DNA of 64,000 nt from a virus (IMGVR_UViG_2874444136_000005:11866-75865), one strand, 5' to 3'; counted from the first letter of the stretch, positions 1 through 9,703 are shown. The notes: a model not told the origin generated them from the sequence alone. Translations and numbers: made by a program.

Positions 1-63
1 GATTACAGCCTGAACATGGCCAGCTTCGTTATCGGCAGCCATAAAGATGCTCATGCGATCCAT
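1..63 (-). CDS. 5' part of small head gene following coat (Sf6 gp6-like), runs off window edge
   Basis: ATG at 63 with GGAGG RBS; MDRMSIFMAADNEAGHVQAVI; position after coat. Confidence 0.6.
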   Translation of the reverse strand, partial: MDRMSIFMAADNEAGHVQAVI

Positions 64-72
64 TTCGCCTCC

Positions 73-100
73 AAAAAATAAAGGGGCCGAAGCCCCTCTT
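73..100 (-). terminator. Intrinsic terminator after coat gene
   Basis: AGGGGC-TTCG-GCCCCT hairpin followed by T-rich tract on minus strand. Confidence 0.75.
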
Positions 101-102
101 GA

Positions 103-1377
103 TTACGGATTGCCGAAGAACTGGCCGCCCATGTGTGGGTTGAAGCACACGTAGGCTGGCAGCAGGTCGAAACGCATTTTCTGCACGTTGGCGTCGCCGT
201 CCGAGTATTTGTGTACTCGGATAGAGAAGCCTTCGTAAGTTGCTACTGCAGAGTCGATGCTGTTCAGTTTTGGCAGAGGAATGGTGCCCAGGCCGCAGAA
301 GAACTTGTTGTAGAACAGGTTCGGCTTCATGGTCTGGCTTGCGGTACCGATTACAGTCACCGAGTCACCCGCTGCAACCTGACGGCTTACTGCGTTGTAC
401 TGTGAGTTGGTGGTGTCGTAAATCGGAACGCCGGACAGCGTAACTGTAACCGCGCCGCCTGCGGTGGAGTTTGCATCGGCCAGAACGGTTGCAGTGAAGC
501 TGATAGGTGCAGAGCCGTTATAAAGCACTTGCTTGCTCTGCTGCTGCAGCCAGTAGGTGTTAGTGAACTTAATCTGGTCGCCAGCTTTCAGGAAGCCGGT
601 TACAGATGCGGTTGCGCCGGTCAATGTCACCTGGAACTGGTAGGTGTCTTTCACCGCGTTATAGGTCACGGTCGGAGCGGTTTGCACTGTCAGCGTGCCA
701 CCGAATGCACCTTGCGTGCGGGATGCCAGGCCATTAGACATCAGCGCGCGAATTCCGCCGAAGTTAGTGGAGATCTGCGCGTTTTCCCAGGCCGTACGAA
801 CCAATTGGTCGGCAGCGTGCAGACCAGATTGCGCGTCGGCCAGGCGCTGTGCAGACCACGGATCCATTACCGCATAGTTCTCACCCTCAACCACACCCAA
901 ATCCTTCAGGAATGATGCGGTTTGAGCCACATCAGACCATTTGTTGATCGGGGTGTTGGGGCTGCCCAGAGCCAGTGCGCCGTTGTTCATCATGAACTTG
1001 GCCAGCTCAGTCTCCAGGTCAGTTACGATGCGCTGGCGAACCGGAGCCAGGATTTCTTCCAGCTGGTTCAGCTTGATAGCTTCTTCCAGTTGCTGATACT
1101 CGACGGCAACAGTGATGTAGTTGCCGACGCGGCCAGTTGCTTTGCCGGAGATCAGGTTGTTCTTCGATTGACCGGAAATGTCACCGGTAGGAGTGCGCAG
1201 CGATGAGAACTGATGGGGACGTTTGAAGCTTACGCTGTCGCCGGTATTGGAGTTGATTTCTCCAGCCAGCAATTGACGGTCTACGGTTTTTGCCAATACC
1301 AGGTCGGACATGAAACCAGGCAGGAATTTTTTCAGGACGATTTGACTGACGTTACTGTTTAAATCATTGGTAGCCAT
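103..1377 (-). CDS. Major capsid protein, Sf6/P22-family
   Basis: NVSQIVLKKFLPGFMSDLVLAKTVDRQ...NPHMGGQFFGNP closely resembles Sf6 coat; follows scaffold. Confidence 0.95.
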   Translation of the reverse strand: MATNDLNSNVSQIVLKKFLPGFMSDLVLAKTVDRQLLAGEINSNTGDSVSFKRPHQFSSLRTPTGDISGQSKNNLISGKATGRVGNYITVAVEYQQLEEAIKLNQLEEILAPVRQRIVTDLETELAKFMMNNGALALGSPNTPINKWSDVAQTASFLKDLGVVEGENYAVMDPWSAQRLADAQSGLHAADQLVRTAWENAQISTNFGGIRALMSNGLASRTQGAFGGTLTVQTAPTVTYNAVKDTYQFQVTLTGATASVTGFLKAGDQIKFTNTYWLQQQSKQVLYNGSAPISFTATVLADANSTAGGAVTVTLSGVPIYDTTNSQYNAVSRQVAAGDSVTVIGTASQTMKPNLFYNKFFCGLGTIPLPKLNSIDSAVATYEGFSIRVHKYSDGDANVQKMRFDLLPAYVCFNPHMGGQFFGNP

Positions 1378-1388
1378 TTAGCTGTTCC

Positions 1389-2276
1389 TTATTCGATTTT
1401 AGCGCCGGGGCAGAGTTTGTTGAAATCATCTTGTTTCGCATCAGCGCCGCCACCACGAACCTCCGGCTCTGGCTTGATGGCTTTCTTAGGCTTCGGTGCC
1501 AACTTCACTTGCTGGCTAATCTGGCCTAAGAGGAATGCTGCGCGAATTGGGTCTGTCTCAGCGGCTACACGCTGGCGTAGTTGTTGGTTCTTGCCCAATG
1601 CATAAGCAACGAGCTCAGAACCTTCGTCGGCGGCATGAATCAGGATTTCCTGTTGAATAACCGGAATCTCCTGGCGAACGATATCTTCCATCTCGCGATA
1701 GTCTTTCACCGGAAGCTTTGCTGCTCGCTCCTGATGCTTCGTAAGGCGCTCTGTTAGTCGTTGCTGCAATTCCTGCTGCTGACGTTGCTGCTGTTGTTTA
1801 ACCTGCTCAGCACGGCCTTTCTTCTCATGCCAATCAGTCATCGCCTGCTCAAACGCTTCTTCGTCGTACTCGCACGACTCAAGGGTCGGCTTTGGAGGAA
1901 TAACGTCTGATTGTGGTTGCTGCGCCTCTGCTGGCTTGGATTGAATCTGCTCAAGCTGGCGGCGTAGCTCCCGATTTTCTTTCTGTGTTTCTTTAAAGCC
2001 CTTGCGAAGCTCCTTCACCCATTGAGGCGCTGGTTGCCCATCAATGTGATCGTCTTCTTCATGGTTGAGGCTAATTTCCTCATCACCGATTTGCAGTGAG
2101 TAATCATCTGGCTGCTCTTCGGGCTGCTCACTTTCGGCCTTTTTCTCTTTCTGCTCTGGTTCTTCCTGTGATTTCTCCTCAGGATTTCCCTTTGCTTCAG
2201 TGATTACTTCTTCGGCTTCTTCCTGTTTTTCAGACCGGTCAATAACCTGACCGTCGATGATCAGTTCGCTTTCCAT
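1389..2276 (-). CDS. Scaffolding protein (Sf6 gp4-like)
   Basis: Acidic/coiled-coil 295 aa between portal and coat; C-terminal FNKLCPGAKIE. Confidence 0.9.
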   Translation of the reverse strand: MESELIIDGQVIDRSEKQEEAEEVITEAKGNPEEKSQEEPEQKEKKAESEQPEEQPDDYSLQIGDEEISLNHEEDDHIDGQPAPQWVKELRKGFKETQKENRELRRQLEQIQSKPAEAQQPQSDVIPPKPTLESCEYDEEAFEQAMTDWHEKKGRAEQVKQQQQRQQQELQQRLTERLTKHQERAAKLPVKDYREMEDIVRQEIPVIQQEILIHAADEGSELVAYALGKNQQLRQRVAAETDPIRAAFLLGQISQQVKLAPKPKKAIKPEPEVRGGGADAKQDDFNKLCPGAKIE

Positions 2277-2289
2277 TGATTACTCCTGG

Positions 2290-2634
2290 TTAACTCGGCA
2301 TTGAGTCTGCCGGTGACTGTGGTGATGTGGGGATTCGTTCTTGCTGGGATTTAAGAAGGTCGTTCAGGAGCTGAATTGCATCCATAACCCCTTTCTTGTT
2401 GATGTTCTGTGCCTGAGAAAGCTTGTAGACAACGTTAGCCTGACTTTCCTGAGCATCCTGCTGAGCTGTGAACGCCTTAATGACGGTTTCACGCGTCGCG
2501 TTATCAGCCTTCTTGTTCTCTGCCTCGGCCGCAACCATTTGAGCCTGTGCCAGAACCATTTCAGGGTTAGGCTGACTCTGAGCTGCCATCTGCGCCTGCT
2601 GGACGATCTGCTGCTCTTCCTGATTTCGCGGCTT
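2290..2634 (-). pseudogene. 3' fragment of outer-phage portal gene (C-terminal helical barrel), separated by Mu-like insertion
   Basis: KPRNQEEQQIVQQAQMAAQSQPNPEM...SPADSMPS continues in frame from GIAK at 38727. Confidence 0.92.
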
Positions 2635-2724
2635 TGTAGCGCGGCGAAAAATTTCGGACTGTTTAGCGTTTAGTCCTGGACTTCGGAATCGCGCAAAATT
2701 TCAGGGTTTTGGACAGTCCAGAAT
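2635..2724. repeat. Distal end of Mu-like element with putative transposase-binding repeats
   Basis: GGACTGT at nt 22-28 from terminus, as at the other end; further CTGGACT / AGTCCAGAA copies at ~2676 and ~2715. Confidence 0.75.
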
Positions 2725-2749
2725 ACACCGCAACGGCATAAAACGGGCA

Positions 2750-2776
2750 TAAAAAAGCCCGCCAAAAAGGCGGGCT
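2750..2776 (-). terminator. Intrinsic terminator at end of Mu-like late region
   Basis: AGCCCGCC-N5-GGCGGGCT followed by T run on minus strand. Confidence 0.85.
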
Positions 2777-2891
2777 GTTGTCCCCTGGTGAGGCTCAAAA
2801 ATCATTGCCTGTTCATGATGCCCTTTTGACCGGAGATTAGATAAACGTTTGTACAGATCAATAATCATTTATTGATCGTCACAGCCGATCG

Positions 2892-3800
2892 TCACATACC
2901 AAAACGAGACGCTAAAACGGCATCCGGTTCTGATGCCGTATGCAGGAACAACATATCAAGCAGCGAGCCATAGCATGGAGATACGGTGCCGGATGCCATA
3001 CCGCCACCAACAACGATCGGCGCAGTATAGTTCACCAGGTCTGCCAACTTGCCCGTGGTGGCCGTAGCCGTCTTGTCCAGCTTCCCGCGTGTATACCCGT
3101 AAACAACCCCCTCATCGACTTTGAACAGGCCTGCAGCAGGCACATAATCCGCATACGTCGTTGCTGCCGCACCAACAGCCCCACCGGCAACAGGCCCCGT
3201 CCAGGCACTGTCACGGGTGCCAAAACGCCAGGCCTCCGTGATAGCCTGCTGGTTTGTTATCATCGTGCGCATGTACGCCAGCGGCAGGTTTGATAACGAG
3301 ATGCCGATAGTCATCCCGAGCACATCGGCATTGCTCGCGTCACTGAGCCGACCGGCAATCATATAGCTGCGGCCAATCTGAACACGGACATTCTCGCGTG
3401 TGCGCAGATAGGTGCCGCCGCTGGAGGTGATCCGTACCGTGGCCGTCTTATTCGTTGAGTCATACCGAACGGCATTACCGGTTCCCTGGGCAACCGGAAT
3501 CAGGTCGGTGCTTTCGCCCAGCAGGCTGTAAACGGTCAGAACATCGTTGCCATCTGTGCCGCCCAGTTTGACGCCAAAGGCGGGAGCGGCACACATCACG
3601 GCATTCTCATACATGCCGTTATTGACCAAAAACTCAAAGCGTTCCTTGCAGCCCGCCGCATTCGGAATAATGCCACCATCGGCCTGCACGCGGGCTTTGT
3701 AGGCATTAAATAACGCGGTGGCATCAAGAATGTCCGCCGACAAATCGAGAGGCTCCCGAAAGCCTGCATAAACTTTACCGGTGTTGAGAGCGATAGCCAT
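2892..3800 (-). CDS. Tail-fibre-associated protein (beta-rich, possible LamG/lectin-like)
   Basis: ATG at 3800 with AGGAG RBS, immediately after fibre gene; fold is a guess. Confidence 0.55.
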   Translation of the reverse strand: MAIALNTGKVYAGFREPLDLSADILDATALFNAYKARVQADGGIIPNAAGCKERFEFLVNNGMYENAVMCAAPAFGVKLGGTDGNDVLTVYSLLGESTDLIPVAQGTGNAVRYDSTNKTATVRITSSGGTYLRTRENVRVQIGRSYMIAGRLSDASNADVLGMTIGISLSNLPLAYMRTMITNQQAITEAWRFGTRDSAWTGPVAGGAVGAAATTYADYVPAAGLFKVDEGVVYGYTRGKLDKTATATTGKLADLVNYTAPIVVGGGMASGTVSPCYGSLLDMLFLHTASEPDAVLASRFGM

Positions 3801-3802
3801 AA

Positions 3803-6145
3803 TTACTCCTGGGTTAGCGGGATGCGGTCGAGGCACATCCAGTTGTAGAGGGGGAATGGTGAACCGTTGCGCGTCACCCACCGCGACACGCGCGGCGAGG
3901 AGTCACGGAAACAGGTCAACGGATAAACAGAGTCGTTTTCTGGTGAATGTTCTGCGGTGTTGGTGAACCCCATCAGCAGTGCATCCGTTGCCGCCGGTGC
4001 CTGGTCAAATACGACACGAATGATATTGCCATCGACGATAGTGATGCTTTGCACGGTGGCTGAGTTATTTTCGAGGCTAATCCCTTTATTCAGGCAGTCG
4101 GCAATAAAGTCAGCGTCGATAACAATCGGCGCAAACGGCACGTCACAAAGTAAATCAGCGATATTATCCGTCAGCGTGACGCTTTTAATTTTTAGCCCCG
4201 TCCAGGTGCCTTTACGCGCGGGGTCATATAAGTGCCAGAAGATGGCCTGCTCTTGATATTCGCCCTGCAGGACTTTCCCCCAGTTGTCCAGGTGACTCAG
4301 CGAGCCGTCCGAATACAACCAATTCAGCGGATATTTCGGGCCGTACATGATCGCGTTGGTCGGGTTATTTTTAACGAACTGGAGCTGGTCAACCGCGACC
4401 ACAGAGAACGGCTTAACAACCACGCTTTCGCCCGTGGGGTTCCCTTGTTCATCGACGCCACCGGCTTTCGTGTTGATACGGCTGCCGACCTGGCCGATAA
4501 CCGCAAGAATCTCGGTGGTTTGCCCTGTCAGCGCCTTGTAATCAGCACGGCGCAGCGCGTAATACGCCTCCATGCGCACCCGATAATCCCCGACATTTTG
4601 CGAAGTGCCGTTGTCGTTATCCGTCTCACCATGCTCCAGCGACACCACATCAACGCTGGCGGGTTTACCCAGCGCCTGGGCAATTTTCACATACCGTTCA
4701 ACCATCGCCAGGCCGTTACTGTAAGGCACGGTGCCTTTCCAGATTTGCGCAAATGCCTTGCCGCCGCTGTTGGCGACCGCGCTAAACATGACCGGCAGAT
4801 TCAAGCCGGCGTTTTCATGCGAATAGAGCAGCGCATAGACAAACGGCAGCTGTTGCCCCTGGCGGTAAAGCGGGTAAACCAGATTGGCCAGCAAATCCAG
4901 CATGGCTTCGGTGATCGGCGTGTCCTGGCTGCCCTCGGGTTTGCCCCCGGCGATGGCCAGCGCATAGGCGCGCCATTTCGGGTCGTAGTTAACCTTGTTC
5001 CAGGTATTCGGATTCGGCCGGTTACCGGCATCACTCGGCACACCCAGTGACTGGCCATCACTGCATAAGATGAGCGCTTTCATTGCCTCCGGCGAGATTT
5101 CAGCGCCACCCCGGTAATACATCATCCCGTAACCTTTGGTGATTTGGCCGCCGGGGATGTAAGTCATCGACAGGCCGGTTGCCGACACCTGGTTTACGCT
5201 CAGAACGGGACGTTCATGCCACAGCAACGCATCATTCCAGTACACGGCAGGCAAGCCCTGATACGGCGTAATACGTGCAGGTTGTTGACCCAGGTTATCC
5301 TGCAGCGCACCTTTGATGCCTGGAATATGCACGCCGCCATCGTCATCAATCGCAAACAGCGCAGACTTGAGGTCAGATGAAAAAATAACGAACTGGAACC
5401 CGTTAATCCGTCGTGCAAATGTCGATGAGCACAGCGCGGCCAGACGCTCTTGCAAAACGTCATCGATACCGAGCACGCGCACATCGCCATTATCATCAAT
5501 CGAAACAATCCCTTTTTTCCCGGTCACATCCGTGAACATTAATTGATAGCCCGGATAGCGATTCGCAATTGACGACGGGATTAACTGCTGTACATATTGC
5601 TGCAATTCCGCTTTCAACCCAGGAAGCCATAGCCCCATATCCCTGTCGAGTGCAAGTCCGGTAGATACCGGGCCTTCGGCGGTATTGACCGAAAAGGTAT
5701 ATTTAGTGGAAATGTATTTACGCAGCGGGGCCGTCAGTAGCGTTAATCGCGCAATAAGCGCGTTAGCCTCATCAAGGGACACGCTTAATTCATCAACGGC
5801 CTGGCTACTTGGCAAGCGAATGCCGGTTGGCGTTGCCACGCCATTGACATTTTCATAACGCTCAACCCAGTTATTATCAAACAACATCACGTTAAAATAA
5901 CGGCGTGTTTCGCTACCACTATCGATGGCGGCCTGTGCCTCGGCAACAGAGATATAATCCCCTGTTGCCGATTGCAGGCGGTCATCAATCATGTCGGTGC
6001 GCTGTTTGAGGTAGGCAGTGCGGTTAGCCAGTTGTTGAGCCTGCCAGTTGTCAGGCCCGCCATCCCCGCCGAGCACGGGGGTGTCTAATTCTACCTGGTA
6101 AATACCGTCTACCCACTCAGGGCTTTCAGGTAACGTCTTCGGCAT
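3803..6145 (-). CDS. Tail fibre/spike with SGNH (sialate O-acetylesterase-like) domain
   Basis: N-terminal LPESPEWVDGIYQVE..PVLGGDGGPDNWQAQQLANRTAYLK fibre motif; GQS, HGETD and DGSLSH esterase blocks. Confidence 0.75.
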   Translation of the reverse strand: MPKTLPESPEWVDGIYQVELDTPVLGGDGGPDNWQAQQLANRTAYLKQRTDMIDDRLQSATGDYISVAEAQAAIDSGSETRRYFNVMLFDNNWVERYENVNGVATPTGIRLPSSQAVDELSVSLDEANALIARLTLLTAPLRKYISTKYTFSVNTAEGPVSTGLALDRDMGLWLPGLKAELQQYVQQLIPSSIANRYPGYQLMFTDVTGKKGIVSIDDNGDVRVLGIDDVLQERLAALCSSTFARRINGFQFVIFSSDLKSALFAIDDDGGVHIPGIKGALQDNLGQQPARITPYQGLPAVYWNDALLWHERPVLSVNQVSATGLSMTYIPGGQITKGYGMMYYRGGAEISPEAMKALILCSDGQSLGVPSDAGNRPNPNTWNKVNYDPKWRAYALAIAGGKPEGSQDTPITEAMLDLLANLVYPLYRQGQQLPFVYALLYSHENAGLNLPVMFSAVANSGGKAFAQIWKGTVPYSNGLAMVERYVKIAQALGKPASVDVVSLEHGETDNDNGTSQNVGDYRVRMEAYYALRRADYKALTGQTTEILAVIGQVGSRINTKAGGVDEQGNPTGESVVVKPFSVVAVDQLQFVKNNPTNAIMYGPKYPLNWLYSDGSLSHLDNWGKVLQGEYQEQAIFWHLYDPARKGTWTGLKIKSVTLTDNIADLLCDVPFAPIVIDADFIADCLNKGISLENNSATVQSITIVDGNIIRVVFDQAPAATDALLMGFTNTAEHSPENDSVYPLTCFRDSSPRVSRWVTRNGSPFPLYNWMCLDRIPLTQE

Positions 6146-6146
6146 T

Positions 6147-6947
6147 TTAATTTCCCCCGTGGGTATAAAAACCATTGTGTAAAATGGTGCCGTTGTGGGT
6201 GATCCCATTTGTTTTTCTAAACTTAACAATTCGCCCCAACTGCCCTAAGTTTGGGTCAATCATTTTTGAGGCATCGAGCAACGTCGTGGCACTGGTTTCC
6301 AATGCTGCTAAATCTTGCTCGTTGTTGATTAAATCCATCTTTTCAACCGGGTCGAATTTAACGCGATATAATTCAACCAAAATATTTTCGTTTTCCTCGG
6401 CAAGGTTGATGCCCTCATAACGCAGACAAAACTCCGGCTCATCATCATTCAGTAATGGGATTGTGGCGTAACCGATATGAGCATAGTCGGCAATAACCGG
6501 TTGCTGGGCGGGGGTTTTGATAAAGCGAACAACCCCCCACAGCGGATCAATTAAATAGTCCACGCCAGCGACAAGCGAATGCAGGACAACGCTGAATACA
6601 TTCTGATGGCGTAATGAAATGGTATCTCCCGCCTTAATGTCGGTAGGTAAAAGTTCGCCCGTCACAATTGCGGATGCCTGGTTAGACCCATTGGAAAGAA
6701 AGAGCAATTGCAAGTTTTCTGTCGAATACTCATGCCATGTTGATGTCACTTTGGCGCTTGCAGAGGTGATATAGCGCTGCGAGTCAATCAACCGACCACC
6801 CAGCGACATTTTGGTTTTCTTCTCATCAAACTCTATTTCAATAGCCAGCGTCGAAACATCACCGACCCATCGCCACGATAAAGCCTGGCCCGCCGTATTC
6901 CGGCGAGCCAGGTAAAGTTTCCCTTGACCGTAATAAAAATCACTCAT
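6147..6947 (-). CDS. Second, diverged paralog of the major tail tube protein
   Basis: Colinear with 16078..16824 (YYGQGK, RWxGDV, LRYEGINLAE, VELYRVxxDP, LETxATxLLD). Confidence 0.85.
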   Translation of the reverse strand: MSDFYYGQGKLYLARRNTAGQALSWRWVGDVSTLAIEIEFDEKKTKMSLGGRLIDSQRYITSASAKVTSTWHEYSTENLQLLFLSNGSNQASAIVTGELLPTDIKAGDTISLRHQNVFSVVLHSLVAGVDYLIDPLWGVVRFIKTPAQQPVIADYAHIGYATIPLLNDDEPEFCLRYEGINLAEENENILVELYRVKFDPVEKMDLINNEQDLAALETSATTLLDASKMIDPNLGQLGRIVKFRKTNGITHNGTILHNGFYTHGGN

Positions 6948-6958
6948 TGGTTACCGCC

Positions 6959-9244
6959 TTATGCCGCAGGTTCTTCCGGTTGCGGCTCCGGCTCCGGAGT
7001 AGGTTCAACATAGTGGCCTGTTGGTAATGTGATGATCCAATTGCTCAGCGATGCAATATCGCCGCGCCTGGCTTCTATACTGACCGTGTGAACCCGATTT
7101 AATGGGGAGGTTGCGGACGAATACGGTAGCGTCAATGTTGCTTCAACAGTATTTGTCGTCCAAACAATATCCCCCGTATCAGGGCGAACGAGTGTAATTA
7201 CATAAACCACCCCCGACTCTGGGCCAATACTGCTATCGAGATAATCAATTAACCGGTCAGCTTGTAATTGCCTGTCACGGTGAGACCAGGTTAAAATATA
7301 TTCCGCTGCCGGTTCTGCAACGAGGGGATAAGGTTCGTCATTTAAACGAATATTTGCCGGCAAATAGGGTTTTGCCTGGCGAGCCTGTAGCGTCAAATGG
7401 TTAACAGGTGCAGCGCCGGCAGCGAGTGTTTCTTGTGCCGTTCGCGTCAACAAACGAACGTCTATCGTTTCTCCCTCCAGATATTCCAACCCATCACTTT
7501 CAATCGCATCCTGGAAGAAACGCAGCTGCGCGCCGGCCAGATGGCCAGCCGGCAACGTATCGGCACAGCCACGCCCGACGGTCAACGCCCCGGTCGCCAG
7601 ATCGGCGGCATCGATACGAACAATCTCATCACCGATAATTGCTCCGGCCCCCACTGCCGGCAGCGTGGTTAATGACGCCTTAAAGGTGGTATCAAAGCGA
7701 CCTGCAGGCTGTGTGAGCGTAACGGCCGGTGTCCAGTCGCCGTTAAGATTACCGCGCCAGTTCACGCCGTCGGCGCGCGTCTGAAGCAGGTAGTTGATGG
7801 AGGCGCTGCTGGGCGCACTGGCCATCACGCCCAGGTAACCGGCCTCCGGGGGAATGGCCGCCAGCTCCGCCGGCCCGACGGTGGCAGCCAGGACGATATA
7901 GGGCAGCTCAATGAGCTGGCTATCAGTAACGGGGCGTGCCGTCTTGTCCGGCGGTGACCAGTTGCTGCCTTGTTCGCCGCTACTGTACGACGTGCTCGGC
8001 ATCCCGAACACATCCTGAATGGCCGTCACCTTCAACTCACCGGTGTCCTGTTCTTCAATCTTTCCAACCCGCATCACCATGTTGCCGATGTTGCGCTCTG
8101 GCAAGCTGATGCGAAAAACGCCGGCCGGCGTCAGCACGCCGCCGCGTCGGTCGAAATTGATTATCAGCCTGGTCAATCCGGCAGCGCGGGTTTCAAGGTC
8201 ACGCTGCGCCAACCTCGCGCCCAGCGCATGGGTCGGCACCGCTTTGTATTCAACGCTCTCCGATATCAACCCCACGTTCTGGATCGCCCCGAGGTTCTGC
8301 GCGCGCACTTCGCCTTCGCTGTTGGTCACCGGGTCGCGGTACGTCACCACAATTTCATTCGGGGCCGCATCGGCGCTGGTGCTGTCGTCGTCCTGCACGC
8401 CCACGATGCCGTTGTCGTAGGTAAACAGCGGCAAGGTATTGGGGTCGTAGTCATCACGTAGCAGCTTGAGCGTCAGTTTGCCCGTGCTCAGGTCACCGTA
8501 TTGGGCTGCGCCGATGTGATCCAGGACTTGCTGCACAAACGTGTTCAGGTCGTCCTGGCGGTTGTAGCGAAAACAGAGGCCAAATCCTTCGTCATAGAGC
8601 CGGTCAGCCGCAATGCGATAGCTGTCAATGTCTAGGTCACCCAGCACCAGCCCGCGTCCCCAGTCACGATTGAGCGCGCATTCAACCAGGATGTGCGCCG
8701 GGTTCATGGCGTGGATCGCACGCAGGTTGGCAATCTGTTCAGTGGTCAGGTCGGCCTCGTCATCAAGCTGCCCCTCGGTGTTCTGCAGCAGAATAAGCGC
8801 CTTCTCCGGATACCACACCGGCCCATCCCAGCCCTGCGTGGTGCGGCGAACGCGGTAAGACCACGGCTTAGGTGAGGCGCTGTAGCAACTGACCAACCCG
8901 CTAAAGAAGGTGGTGACCAGCCCCCGAAAACCCGGCACTAACCCCGTGAGCAACGTCAATAATGAGGGAGACGGCACCTGGTCAGGGCCGCCCATCATCA
9001 CCTCAAGTGTTCCCTGGATACCGCCTTCACCGCCGGTGTCTTCACCCCCGAACAGATTAGGCTTGTCGATGTACAGCGACGTGTTGCCGGCAACCTGGCC
9101 GGGCGTGCCGGCAAACACCGTTTTCTTGTCGGCGCTGATGGCCACAATCTCATTCACCGGGCCACGGCCAATCCCAGCCTGGATATCCCAGGAATATCTG
9201 TAGCCCACCGTGACTTTCTTCGACCCCTTGCCACCGCCGCCCAT
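6959..9244 (-). CDS. Tail tip / central tail protein (phage-tail_3-like)
   Basis: MGGGGKGSKKVTVGYRY, MNPAHIL, NEIVVTYRDP motifs; D3112/B3-like tail synteny. Confidence 0.8.
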   Translation of the reverse strand: MGGGGKGSKKVTVGYRYSWDIQAGIGRGPVNEIVAISADKKTVFAGTPGQVAGNTSLYIDKPNLFGGEDTGGEGGIQGTLEVMMGGPDQVPSPSLLTLLTGLVPGFRGLVTTFFSGLVSCYSASPKPWSYRVRRTTQGWDGPVWYPEKALILLQNTEGQLDDEADLTTEQIANLRAIHAMNPAHILVECALNRDWGRGLVLGDLDIDSYRIAADRLYDEGFGLCFRYNRQDDLNTFVQQVLDHIGAAQYGDLSTGKLTLKLLRDDYDPNTLPLFTYDNGIVGVQDDDSTSADAAPNEIVVTYRDPVTNSEGEVRAQNLGAIQNVGLISESVEYKAVPTHALGARLAQRDLETRAAGLTRLIINFDRRGGVLTPAGVFRISLPERNIGNMVMRVGKIEEQDTGELKVTAIQDVFGMPSTSYSSGEQGSNWSPPDKTARPVTDSQLIELPYIVLAATVGPAELAAIPPEAGYLGVMASAPSSASINYLLQTRADGVNWRGNLNGDWTPAVTLTQPAGRFDTTFKASLTTLPAVGAGAIIGDEIVRIDAADLATGALTVGRGCADTLPAGHLAGAQLRFFQDAIESDGLEYLEGETIDVRLLTRTAQETLAAGAAPVNHLTLQARQAKPYLPANIRLNDEPYPLVAEPAAEYILTWSHRDRQLQADRLIDYLDSSIGPESGVVYVITLVRPDTGDIVWTTNTVEATLTLPYSSATSPLNRVHTVSIEARRGDIASLSNWIITLPTGHYVEPTPEPEPQPEEPAA

Positions 9245-9447
9245 CAGTTGGCCTCCGGCTCAGCTTTGGATTGCGCCAGGCGCACAATCTTGATGGCCAG
9301 GGCGTCGCCGGTGCCGGCCAGCAGCTCGGCATCGATACCGCCATCACGGATGAAGGCTTTCAGGTCTAGCCCATAGCGGGCAAAGAAGGCGCGCAGACCA
9401 GGCGCACAACCGCCGCCGGCGCGAATATCTTCCATCGTAATCAACAT
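9244..9447 (-). CDS. Small tail assembly protein
   Basis: GGCAPGLRAFFARYGLD motif; TGA/ATG coupling to tail tip gene. Confidence 0.7.
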   Translation of the reverse strand: MLITMEDIRAGGGCAPGLRAFFARYGLDLKAFIRDGGIDAELLAGTGDALAIKIVRLAQSKAEPEAN

Positions 9448-9457
9448 GGCGTTCCCC

Positions 9458-9703
9458 TTATTTCTTAATGGCTTCATAGCGGTAATTGCCATAGGCCAGA
9501 ACAAACCAGTCCTCGCTCCAGCAATCGCCAAAGAAGATGCATTGCGGTGTGCCTTCGGTCGGCTGAGGCAGATTCCAGTCATCCTCTGTCGCCGCTTCCG
9601 GGGCGTTGTTCTTTTGCCTCGGTGCCAACGCCGTATTCAGCACATAGGACGCAACAATGACCCCGACGAACTTGGCAACCGCCATCCAACTAGCCGGATC
9701 CAT
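9458..9703 (-). CDS. Small tail assembly protein
   Basis: Hydrophobic N-terminus, PQPTEGTPQCIFFGD motif; GGAGG RBS. Confidence 0.7.
   Translation of the reverse strand: MDPASWMAVAKFVGVIVASYVLNTALAPRQKNNAPEAATEDDWNLPQPTEGTPQCIFFGDCWSEDWFVLAYGNYRYEAIKK

Noticed and set aside
2837-2856. LexA box at the distal Mu end
   Set aside because: Only one half-site (TGTACAG) present
2635-7000. Invertible G segment, gin, or diversity-generating retroelement near the fibre genes
   Set aside because: No invertase, reverse transcriptase, inverted fibre copy or TR/VR pair seen
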